Below are positions 17,374-25,927 of a DNA stretch of 64,000 nt, piece by piece. The DNA is from an uncultured Candidatus Binatia bacterium (lineage in GTDB: Bacteria; Desulfobacterota; Binatia; UBA9968; JAJDTQ01), in contig OZ244070.1 in assembly GCA_965215605.1 (NCBI GenBank), positions 2,080,001-2,144,000 on the forward strand, given 5' to 3'. Position numbers and translations under genes: made by a program. How positions within the stretch are numbered: the stretch's first letter is position 1; each line of letters opens with the position of its first letter. The notes below the pieces were generated by a model. It was not told the origin of the DNA and did not search any database. It saw only the letters and a program-made list of their open reading frames with translations.

Positions 17374-18675
17374 TCAGTACGGCCGGCAGAACCGGTCGCG
17401 TCCGCCCCAGATGTCGATGCCGCCGGCGATGACGTCGCGGGCCTCCAGCACCAACGGGTCACCGGCGGCTACGTAGGGCGCGCCGGGATAGTTGATGAGC
17501 TGGAGCCGGTCGTAGGCGCCCACCACCCGTTCCGCGGCGGGTAGCTCGACGACGATGTCGCGGTTGCCGGTGCTGATCACGGCGTCGGCTTCTTTTTCGT
17601 AGTACAGCAGGGGAGCTTCGGTGCCGTCCTTGCCGCCGTATTCGTAGGTGACGAGGACGGTCTTGATGCCCCTCTCCTCGCAGCCTTTCACCGTCAGCAT
17701 GACCTCGATGAAGGCGTTGCCCGAGCCCGTGCGCGTGATCAGGGCGGCGTCGGCGCCCAGGGACATGGCCACCCGCACGGCATTGTGGGCCGCGATCTCC
17801 TTTTCGCGGGAGGTCTCGAAGCCGATGCGCTGGAGGATCACTCCCGCGAACCGGTACCGCCGGTCCCGCAAGAGCCCCAGCGCCAGGGGCTGATGCTGCC
17901 AGTTCCAGGTGATGGGATGATAGCTGACGGTGCGGATGGTGCTGGAGGTGATGGCGCCGTCGGTCAGCTCGTTGGGGTGCAGCACCGTGGACAGGGATTC
18001 CTGGACCGGGAAGCCGTAGTAGGCGACGTTGGACGGCTTGTTATCGGGCCCGGTGAAAACGCCGATGATGACCACGGCAGCCGGGAGATCCGCTCCATCG
18101 GCGTCCGGGTCATGTATCTCCACATCGTCCGGCTCGAGTTCCTTCGTGGCCTCGGCCAGCCGCAGGGCCGTGCCAAACTCCGCGCGCTGGATGGCTTGGT
18201 GCGCCTCGTATGCGGACAGTCCGTCTTCCAGGTCGAGGGTCAGCACCAGGTTGTTCAGCGAGCTGAAGGGGGTCATGTCGGCGCCGGGTCCCCACATGTC
18301 CAGGATGGCGCTGCGCTGGGCGGTGGTGCCGGTGCGGACGGTGCCCTCGTAGGCCACGGCGGTGACCAGCGCCATGCCCGAGAGACGGTGGGTGCGCCCC
18401 TGACCCACTGGAGCCACCGGCCCGAGGACTCCCGGAAACACCTGTCCCGTGCCGGCGGTCTTGATGCGCGGTTCCACCACGTCGCGGATGCCGGTGACCC
18501 GCGCTTTCTCGCCGGGGTGCACCACGTCGAAGCTCGCGGAGCGCACCCGCGGATCCTCCTCCGCCCATGCCGCCAGGCTTTCGGTATCCACTTCCAGAAC
18601 GCCGGAGGCATAGCGCGTCTCGCGGCCGAGGCGGATTTCGCGTACGCGGTAGGCTGCGAGTTCGAGGGCAGTCAT
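17374..18675 (-). CDS. Glycine/sarcosine/betaine reductase component B (GrdE/PrdA-like) proprotein homologue
   Basis: DVVEPRIK, VGQGRTHRLSG, ILDMWGPGADMTPFS, LHPNELTDGAI, GADAALIT, ADAVISTGN. Confidence 0.82.
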   Translation of the reverse strand: MTALELAAYRVREIRLGRETRYASGVLEVDTESLAAWAEEDPRVRSASFDVVHPGEKARVTGIRDVVEPRIKTAGTGQVFPGVLGPVAPVGQGRTHRLSGMALVTAVAYEGTVRTGTTAQRSAILDMWGPGADMTPFSSLNNLVLTLDLEDGLSAYEAHQAIQRAEFGTALRLAEATKELEPDDVEIHDPDADGADLPAAVVIIGVFTGPDNKPSNVAYYGFPVQESLSTVLHPNELTDGAITSSTIRTVSYHPITWNWQHQPLALGLLRDRRYRFAGVILQRIGFETSREKEIAAHNAVRVAMSLGADAALITRTGSGNAFIEVMLTVKGCEERGIKTVLVTYEYGGKDGTEAPLLYYEKEADAVISTGNRDIVVELPAAERVVGAYDRLQLINYPGAPYVAAGDPLVLEARDVIAGGIDIWGGRDRFCRPY

Positions 18676-18696
18676 GCCCCCACCCCCTATCCCCGC

Positions 18697-18789
18697 CTGG
18701 ACCCCGGGTCAAGCCCGGAGGTGACGTGGAGGGGGGCCTGGACTCCGGAGCCTGTCCCCGGACTTGATCCGGGGTCGAGTCCGGGGTGA
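18697..18789. repeat. Cluster of CCCCGGACTTGATCCGGGG-type palindromes (RPE4-like)
   Basis: CTGGACCCCGGGTCAAGCCCGGAGGTGAC plus nested CCCCGGACTTGATCCGGGG copies. Confidence 0.7.
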
Positions 18790-18825
18790 GGCGGCGGGGT
18801 GCGGTTGGGCTCGGGAGGCAGTGGG

Positions 18826-19584
18826 TCAGTGCATGTGCTGGCCGCCGTCCACGCTGATGGACTGGCCGGTAACGAAGTCGCTGTCGTCGGAGGACAGAAA
18901 GATGACCGTGCCTACCAGGTCGTCGGGATACTGGTCCCGCTGGAACGCGCGGCTCTTGCGCCGGTTCTCCAGTTGCTGGGGGGTGGTGACGCCGTCCTGG
19001 CTGTCGCCCGATATGGTGAGGCCGGGCATGATAGCGTTGACGTTGATGCCGTCGGGGCCGATCTCCCGCGCCAGTGCCCGGGTGAAGCCGAGCACGCCCG
19101 CCTTGGACGACACATAGTGCAGGAACATCGGCGTCCCGCCCAGGATGGTTCCCGAGGAGATGTTGATGATCTTGCCTTTGCCCTGCTCCTTCATGGCCGG
19201 GTATACTGCCTGAACGCACAGGAACAGGCCCTTGACGTTCACCGCCATGACCCGGTCCCACTCGTCCTCGGGGATCTCCATGAAGGACTTCTTCTTGAGC
19301 GCGGTGTAGAGGCCGGCGTTGTTCACCAGGACGTCGATGCGGCCGTATTCCTTCAGCACCGCGTCCGCCATCTGGCGGGTCTTCTCCGGCGAGGCGACGT
19401 CCACGGCCACGGGAATGGCATCGCCGCCGTCCTTCCTGATCTCCTCGGCCACCTGGGTGGCGGCCTCCACCTGGATGTCGGCCACGGCCACCTTGGCCCC
19501 TTCCTTCGCCAGCCCCTTGGAATAGGCGCGGCCGATGCCGATGCCGCCGCCCGTCACGATCGCGACTTTACCGTCCAAACGCAT
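18826..19584 (-). CDS. SDR family oxidoreductase
   Basis: TGGGIGIG, NNAG, YVSSK. Confidence 0.95.
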   Translation of the reverse strand: MRLDGKVAIVTGGGIGIGRAYSKGLAKEGAKVAVADIQVEAATQVAEEIRKDGGDAIPVAVDVASPEKTRQMADAVLKEYGRIDVLVNNAGLYTALKKKSFMEIPEDEWDRVMAVNVKGLFLCVQAVYPAMKEQGKGKIINISSGTILGGTPMFLHYVSSKAGVLGFTRALAREIGPDGINVNAIMPGLTISGDSQDGVTTPQQLENRRKSRAFQRDQYPDDLVGTVIFLSSDDSDFVTGQSISVDGGQHMH

Positions 19585-19630
19585 GATGAAATCCTCCTCT
19601 TATGGATACTGCCCCCGTTCTCCGCCCTTC

Positions 19631-19680
19631 CTGGATTCCCGCTTGCGCGGGAATGACGGAGAGGAGGGCGGGAATGACGG
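19631..19680. repeat. ATTCCC-N8-GGGAAT (dRS3-like) palindrome plus partial copy
   Basis: CTGGATTCCCGCTTGCGCGGGAATGAC followed by GCGGGAATGACGG. Confidence 0.7.
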
Positions 19681-19697
19681 GTGCGGGTTTCGTTATT

Positions 19698-20618
19698 TCA
19701 CAGTCCATACAACTCCACGGCCGTCCTCCACAGCACTTGCTCCACGTCGTCCTCCGAGATGCCCGACTCCCGGACGACCCTGAGCCTGGCCGGGTACAGC
19801 GGCTCGGGCACCTCCACGCACCGCCAGGTGGGCGACCAGTCGGTGCCGAACATGATGCGGCCGGCGCCGATGGTCTCCACCGCTCGCCGCAGGTGCTCGG
19901 CGGTGGTGGAAGTCGTATCGAAATACACGTTGGGGTTGCGCATGGCAACGATCAGCGCCGATTCGAAGTAATGCTGGATGGCCCGTCCCATCTTGGTGAG
20001 GACGATGGGGACATCGGGATAGCGTCCGGCGATCTCGTCCACGTAGATGGGGTCGGCGTAGTACATGCGGCCGGGAAACTGGGTCCAGCCCGTTGCGATG
20101 AGCAGCGGCACCCGGTAGTCGGCCAGGGTTTCCATGATGGGGCGCAGGTCGTCGGCGATCTTGACCGGGTGGGTTTCGGTGGTGAAGGGGCCGCCGTGGG
20201 ACTCGCCGATGCCCTTGAAGCCCAGCCGCCCGATGCGGTCGGCGATTTGTTCGGGCGCGGCCGCCCGCAGCGCCGGCGCGTTCTCCCAGACGCCGTTGCC
20301 CGAGTAGTCTTCCCCCAGGCTCGCGAGCCCGTACAGCCGGTCCGGATACCGCGCCACGGCCGCCGCGGTCTTGGCGTCCTTTTCGTCCGGGCTGTCGCAG
20401 CCGCCGGTGGTCATGATCAACGCCTTGTCCACGCCGTACCGGTCCATGTCCGCGATCAGCTCGTCGACGTAGTCCACCAGCGGTTCGGTGTCCCGAGCCC
20501 GGTAGAGCTCGGGATGGTTGCGGCGGAAGCCTACGAGGTCCGGGACGCTGCGGATCTTGCCGCGCAGGTCCCGGTAGGCGGGCGGCCCGAAGGGATGGCA
20601 GTGGACCTCGACGATCAT
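19698..20618 (-). CDS. Amidohydrolase_2 family protein
   Basis: EVHCHP, MDRYGVDKA, PNVYFDTT, RIMFGTDW. Confidence 0.88.
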   Translation of the reverse strand: MIVEVHCHPFGPPAYRDLRGKIRSVPDLVGFRRNHPELYRARDTEPLVDYVDELIADMDRYGVDKALIMTTGGCDSPDEKDAKTAAAVARYPDRLYGLASLGEDYSGNGVWENAPALRAAAPEQIADRIGRLGFKGIGESHGGPFTTETHPVKIADDLRPIMETLADYRVPLLIATGWTQFPGRMYYADPIYVDEIAGRYPDVPIVLTKMGRAIQHYFESALIVAMRNPNVYFDTTSTTAEHLRRAVETIGAGRIMFGTDWSPTWRCVEVPEPLYPARLRVVRESGISEDDVEQVLWRTAVELYGL

Positions 20619-20655
20619 GCGCGTCCTTCGTCCGCCCGTCTCGACCGGACGTGCG

Positions 20656-21705
20656 TCACTGTTTCGGGACCAGGATGCCCCTCAACCGGGCCATCAGTTC
20701 GGCGTCGAGCTCGAAGAACTCGTTCACCGCCTGAGCGACCCGGGTGCCGGGAATGGGGTTGATGATGAGCCTGGACTTTTTCGCCTCGGCCAGCAGCTCC
20801 GGGTCCTTGAAGGTAGCCGCGAAGGCCTTGCGCAGGAGCTCCACGCGGTCCTTGGGGGTGCCCGGAGGCAGCGAGAAGGCCCGCAGTATCTCGTGGGCGT
20901 TGCGCCCCACCACGCCCGCCAACTGCCGTTGCGCGTCGTTCTTGGCGAATTCCAGGATGTTCGGGACGTTGGGGAAGCTGGGGTGCCTTCCGACGCCCAC
21001 CTGGACCACGAAGTTCAGTTCTCCCGCGGGGATCCGCTTCGGCCAGTACGAGAAGATGACGTCGGGACTCCAGCAGCCGCCCATGACCTCCCTTTTCTCG
21101 ATGGCCAAGCGGATTCTGGCGGCGCCGCCATAGCCCTCGATCAACTGGAGCGGGACCCCCGTGATGTTGTGGACCAGTCGGGGAATGTCCGAGATGGAGC
21201 TGCCTGGCCCCATGCCGCCGAGCTTGAGGGGCTTCTTGGCCGCGAGCCACTGGTCCATGTCGGTTATGCCGCTGTCCCTGGCTACGATGCACGCCGTGTA
21301 GCTGGGCTTGGGGACGGTGATCCACTCGAACTTTCGGGCATCGAACTGGACCCGCTTGTTCCCGAGGACCTGCTGCAGCACCAGGGTGCCCACCCAGTGG
21401 CCGATGGTGAGGCCGTCGGGCTTGGCCTTGTTGTACATGTAGTTGGCGGCGATGAGGTTGCCGGCCCCGGTCATGCTGGTCACCAGGGTCCTGGGGGTTC
21501 CCGGAAGGTGCTTGGGGAGGTGCCGGGCCACCAGACGCGCGTAGGTATCGAAGCCGCCGCCCGGGGCGGAGCCCACGATGATGCGGATCGTCTTGTCCTT
21601 GTAGAAATCCGCGGCCGACGCCGCGGTGGCGGTCATGCAAACGAGGGCCAAGCCCACGGCAAGGGCGACTCGGAGCACGGAAACACGATTGCGTCTCATG
21701 GTCAT
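20656..21705 (-). CDS. Tripartite tricarboxylate transporter substrate-binding protein (TctC/Bug)
   Basis: Signal peptide, IIVGSAPGGGFDTYARL, GAGNLIAANY...PDGLT; AAGGAGG RBS. Confidence 0.92.
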   Translation of the reverse strand: MTMRRNRVSVLRVALAVGLALVCMTATAASAADFYKDKTIRIIVGSAPGGGFDTYARLVARHLPKHLPGTPRTLVTSMTGAGNLIAANYMYNKAKPDGLTIGHWVGTLVLQQVLGNKRVQFDARKFEWITVPKPSYTACIVARDSGITDMDQWLAAKKPLKLGGMGPGSSISDIPRLVHNITGVPLQLIEGYGGAARIRLAIEKREVMGGCWSPDVIFSYWPKRIPAGELNFVVQVGVGRHPSFPNVPNILEFAKNDAQRQLAGVVGRNAHEILRAFSLPPGTPKDRVELLRKAFAATFKDPELLAEAKKSRLIINPIPGTRVAQAVNEFFELDAELMARLRGILVPKQ

Positions 21706-21824
21706 TCCTCCTTGTGGCATACAACCCTTGGGACCGTCCCTCAGGTCGGGGATTTCGTTTCGTCGGGCATCACGAACGCCCTGTTCTTCACTAGTACGAA
21801 AGCCGCCGTGGGCCAAGCAGCCGG

Positions 21825-22559
21825 TCAGAGCCACTCCACTGCCTTGACGGCGATCTCCAGGATCCGCTCCTCGGCCTGAAGGAACGAGGGATCGCGAAAA
21901 CCCAGCTTTCCCGTGAGGCATTCGTCGGAGACCGCCAGGATCGCGCCCGCCCCGGCGTTCTTCACCTGTGCCACGGTCAGGAAGGCGGCGGTCACCATGT
22001 CGATGGCCGAGATCTGCTGCCGCTCCAGGTCGGCCACGAGCTCCGGCGTCTCCCGGAACAGCGCGTCGGTGGTGAACACCCGGCCGTGGTGAACCGGCAC
22101 CTTGAGGCTGTCGGCCGCCCTCACGAGGGCCTCCACGACCCTCGGGTGGGGCAGGGTGGCGAAGCCTTCGGAGACGTAACGGGGGCTGGCGCCGTCACCC
22201 CGGACGGCGCCAGCGGCGATGACGATGTCGCCGAGCTTCACCGTTCCCTGCAGCGATCCGCAGCTTCCCACCCGCACCAGGGTCTCCACGCCGGCGGCGC
22301 ACAGCAGCTCGGTGGTGATGGCGGAGTCGGCCGAGTAGCGGCCTCCGTTGCCGACGGTGACGCGCCGGCCCCCCAGCGTGCCCGTGTGCATTTCGTAGTC
22401 CTGGAAGGCGAGGGTCCTGCGCGGGTCCGACAGCGCGCGCCGCAGCTTCGCGGCACGGTCCCGGGGGCCGGGTACCAGCGCGATGCTCCCAAGGGCGCCG
22501 GGCTTGACGCCCAACCGGGACAGCATCTTTCCGGCGGTGAGATGGGGCTCGTTTCTCAT
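21825..22559 (-). CDS. Nucleoside phosphorylase (uridine phosphorylase-like)
   Basis: PGPRDRA, VRVGSCGSL, TTDALFRE, AIDMV; start overlaps the addA stop. Confidence 0.85.
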   Translation of the reverse strand: MRNEPHLTAGKMLSRLGVKPGALGSIALVPGPRDRAAKLRRALSDPRRTLAFQDYEMHTGTLGGRRVTVGNGGRYSADSAITTELLCAAGVETLVRVGSCGSLQGTVKLGDIVIAAGAVRGDGASPRYVSEGFATLPHPRVVEALVRAADSLKVPVHHGRVFTTDALFRETPELVADLERQQISAIDMVTAAFLTVAQVKNAGAGAILAVSDECLTGKLGFRDPSFLQAEERILEIAVKAVEWL

Positions 22560-25500
22560 GGCGTGGCCTCCGGAGGCACGTCCACGGCGCGGCCCGACCG
22601 CAGGAGGATCAACTTGAAGGCTGTCACCTCCCGGTTCAGGCCTCGCCTGACCGCCTCGGTGTAGATCCGCGCCTGGTGACGGTAGTCCCGCATAACCACC
22701 GCGTCGTCGTCGCCCGTCACCTGGTCGGTCTTGTAGTCCGCCACGTATAGTTGCCCCTGCCGCTCGTACACCACGTCGATGATGCCTTCCATGACCTGGC
22801 CGTTGTCCCACGGCAGGACGAAGGGCATCTCCCGGCCCAGTATCCGGGCGTCCCGCAGCTCTCCGTAAACCGGCGAGTCGGTCCAGGTGGCCCAGATGGC
22901 CTTCAACTCCCGGATCACCTCCCGTGCCGACGGCAACTCGGGGGCATGGCGGGCGATGGCTTCATCGAGGTCCTCGCCGGCCCGTTGGGTGTGAAAGTCC
23001 CAGTGCTCGAGCACCTTGTGGGCCAGCGTCCCCAGTTCGAGGGCGGCGTCGCGCCCGAGTCCGTCCGGGTGCGTGCGTGCCTCCGCTGCTTCGCCGGCGG
23101 ATTTGAGCCGCGTGGGGCTGACGAAGAGCGGGGTGTGGCGCCGGGTTTCGTATTCGTCCCAACGCCGGCGCCATTCGCGCTCGTACCCTGACCAGTCCGT
23201 GGCGTCCGGGGGCGGCGCTGGCCGGGGGTCGCCCTGTTCGTCTGCCCCCGGAGTTTCCGCCACCACCTCCACTTCCATCTCTCCGGCGCCGCAGGCCACC
23301 GTGGCCGGGTCCGCGCCCTGCAGGCTGCCGCCGGCTGCCTCGCCGATCATGCCGGCCAGGCTGTCGCCGTCCCCTCCCCGCCGGTCGGCAAAGGAGACGA
23401 CCAGTTGCTGGCTGGGCCGGGTCATGGCCACGTACAGCAGGCGGCGCTGCTCGTAGGCTTCCCGCTCCCGCCGTTTCGCCCGGAGGAAGACGCCGGGCAG
23501 ACTCCACAGGTCATCGACGTGGATGCCCGTGAGGCCGGTGGCCCAGTCCCGCTGCACCTCCACGGGCGAGGAAGGCCCCCTGTTCACTCCGCCCAGAGCG
23601 TCCACCAGCACCACCACGGGGAACTCGAGCCCCTTGGCCCGGTGGATGCTCATGATCCGCACGGAATCCAGGGCCTCTTCCTCCAGGGCGTTCTCGGACT
23701 CGTCCTCCCGGTCCCGGACGCGGCGTTCCAGCTCGGCCACCACGTCCTTGAGGGTGCCGCTGCCGCCGGCGCCCGTCTCCATGGCCACCAGGCGCACCTT
23801 CTCCAGATTGGCCACGGCCTGTTGCCCCGATCGACCGCCGGCCGCCAGCACCGACAGCGGCAGTTCCCTGAACACCCGCTCCACCGCCTTTCCGGCTTCC
23901 AGGAAGCGCGCCTTCCGGTGCAGCCGGTGGAGACGCTGATAAAGGTCCATGACGTTGCCGGGCAGGTCCACCCACCGGGAGTCCGCCGCCGAGCGGTAGT
24001 CCAGGAGCCCTTGCCGGTGGAGATCGAAGATCGCCGCGTCGTCGTGCCCGCCCACGGGCGAGCGGAGCACCCCCACCAGCGCGAGCCGGTCGTGGGGGTT
24101 GTCGATGGCCCGCAGCAGGTTGACGGCGTCTATGACTTCCTGAGCGGCATAGAAGTCCCGCTCGCCTTCCACCACGTACGCGATGCCGTGCCGGCGCAGC
24201 GCTTCCAGGTAGACCTGGACGTTGGTCAGCGCGCGCATGAGAAACGCGACGTGGCCAGGCTGGAGCGTCACCCGGGTGCCGCTCCTGCGGTCGAGAAAGG
24301 TCCGGCCCAGCACCTCCTCTTCGAGCCAGCGCGCCAGCGATTCCGCCTCCAGCCGGCGCATCGACCCGGCGTTGCCGGGCGCCCCCGTGCTGGTCACCCG
24401 GCGGACGCGGACAGGGCTTGGGCTTTGCTCCGGCGGCGCTCTGCCGGGCTCCGGATCGACCCGGTCGAGTCCCGGTTGGAGGGCAATGTACTCGGGTTGC
24501 AGGCCGGGCCGTTCCCGGATCAGGTGCTCGAAGATGCCGTTCACCACGTCGAGGATCCGGGGGTCGCTCCGGAAGTTGGCGGTCAGCCGGTACTGGACGC
24601 CGTTCTGGGCCTCTATCACGTCCTTGACGACGTTCAGGTAGGCTTCCATGTCGGCGCCCCGGAACCCGTAGATGGATTGCTTGGGGTCCCCCACCACGAA
24701 CAGCTTGCCCGGGACGAGGCGGATCTCGCGCCAGTCCCCGGCTCCCTGGGAGCGCTCCTCGCACAGCCACAGCAGGATCTCGTATTGCAGCGGATCGGTG
24801 TCCTGGAACTCGTCCACGAGGATGGCCTTGAAACGCGCCTTCAGCTCTTCCCTGATCTGCGGGTGGTCGCGCAGCAGGTCCCGGGCCCGCACCAGCAGGC
24901 CGTCGAAGGTCACAAGGCCATTGCGGGCGAACTCCCCGCGACACTGTTGGACCAACGGCGCCAGCAGGGCGCACAGCCGTTCGACCTCCGCGGCGTCCAC
25001 CTGGGCCAGCCCGGCCGCGTCCGCAAGGACGTTGCGGGCGAGCCTGAAATCCTGGTCGGTCCATCCGTTCACCCGGGATGGAGTGCCCTTCAACAGGTCC
25101 AGTTCCCCGGCGTCGACGGGAGGGCCCCCGGCGAGGACGGACCGTATGGCCTTCCGTGCCGCCGCCAGCATCCGCTCGATCTTCCGGTCCTTCGGGTGGC
25201 GTTCGATGAGATCCGTTACGGACTCGTCCAGCCCCTGCAACCACTTGCCGACGGCATCGCCGGGCGGGCTTGCGAGCGGCAGTGCGTCCAGGTCCACGTT
25301 CTCGGCGCAAAGAGCCAGGGCGAGGTCCCGGAGCAGGTCCAGCGGGAAGCGGCCGAGGACATGCTTCCACGCCGCCTTTCTGGAGTTGGTGCCGGCCAGC
25401 TCTTCGTCAAGCCACAGCCCCCATCGGGTCTCGAACCGTCTCTTGCGCAGGCTGCCGTCGTCCTCCTGGAACCGCGGGTCGAGCCCGGCCTCCAGCGGGT

Positions 25501-25927
25501 AGAGCCGGAGCAGCGACGCGGCGAAGCTGTGGATGGTGCCGATCTGCGCCCGCTCGAGGTCCTGCAGCGCTTCCCGGGCCCGGCGGTGGACCTCGTCCGC
25601 GGTCAGGCGGTACCGCTCGCGGAGGGTTTGGGTCCGTTGGGTTCCCGCGGCGTCCGCCGGTCCCGGCCGGCCGGCATCGGGCCGGGCCAGGACTTCAAGC
25701 TCTTCCCGCAGGCGCGCCTTCATCTCGTTGGCGGCCTTGTTGGTGAAGGTGAGGGCCACCAGTTCCGTCACCTTCACCGGATGCGGCTCGCGCATGAGCA
25801 GGTTCACGCACCGTTCCACCAACAGGGTCGTCTTGCCGGTTCCCGCGCCCGCGGTCACGACGACGTTGCGGTCGAAGGTCGTGGTTGCCTGCCGCCGTTG
25901 CGGTTCGTCCGGGGGAGGGCCGGTCAT
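22556..25927 (-). CDS. addA: UvrD-type helicase/nuclease subunit A
   Basis: AGAGTGKT, LTFTNKAA, VDEFQDT, VGDPKQSIYGFRGA, SIHRAKGLEF, LLYVAMTR, C-terminal GIID...DYKT nuclease. Confidence 0.9.
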   Translation of the reverse strand: MTGPPPDEPQRRQATTTFDRNVVVTAGAGTGKTTLLVERCVNLLMREPHPVKVTELVALTFTNKAANEMKARLREELEVLARPDAGRPGPADAAGTQRTQTLRERYRLTADEVHRRAREALQDLERAQIGTIHSFAASLLRLYPLEAGLDPRFQEDDGSLRKRRFETRWGLWLDEELAGTNSRKAAWKHVLGRFPLDLLRDLALALCAENVDLDALPLASPPGDAVGKWLQGLDESVTDLIERHPKDRKIERMLAAARKAIRSVLAGGPPVDAGELDLLKGTPSRVNGWTDQDFRLARNVLADAAGLAQVDAAEVERLCALLAPLVQQCRGEFARNGLVTFDGLLVRARDLLRDHPQIREELKARFKAILVDEFQDTDPLQYEILLWLCEERSQGAGDWREIRLVPGKLFVVGDPKQSIYGFRGADMEAYLNVVKDVIEAQNGVQYRLTANFRSDPRILDVVNGIFEHLIRERPGLQPEYIALQPGLDRVDPEPGRAPPEQSPSPVRVRRVTSTGAPGNAGSMRRLEAESLARWLEEEVLGRTFLDRRSGTRVTLQPGHVAFLMRALTNVQVYLEALRRHGIAYVVEGERDFYAAQEVIDAVNLLRAIDNPHDRLALVGVLRSPVGGHDDAAIFDLHRQGLLDYRSAADSRWVDLPGNVMDLYQRLHRLHRKARFLEAGKAVERVFRELPLSVLAAGGRSGQQAVANLEKVRLVAMETGAGGSGTLKDVVAELERRVRDREDESENALEEEALDSVRIMSIHRAKGLEFPVVVLVDALGGVNRGPSSPVEVQRDWATGLTGIHVDDLWSLPGVFLRAKRREREAYEQRRLLYVAMTRPSQQLVVSFADRRGGDGDSLAGMIGEAAGGSLQGADPATVACGAGEMEVEVVAETPGADEQGDPRPAPPPDATDWSGYEREWRRRWDEYETRRHTPLFVSPTRLKSAGEAAEARTHPDGLGRDAALELGTLAHKVLEHWDFHTQRAGEDLDEAIARHAPELPSAREVIRELKAIWATWTDSPVYGELRDARILGREMPFVLPWDNGQVMEGIIDVVYERQGQLYVADYKTDQVTGDDDAVVMRDYRHQARIYTEAVRRGLNREVTAFKLILLRSGRAVDVPPEATP

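Noticed and set aside
17374-18675. Selenoprotein (UGA readthrough) near the Grd-like gene
   Set aside because: No GrdB/GrdA-like frame with an in-frame TGA was seen nearby
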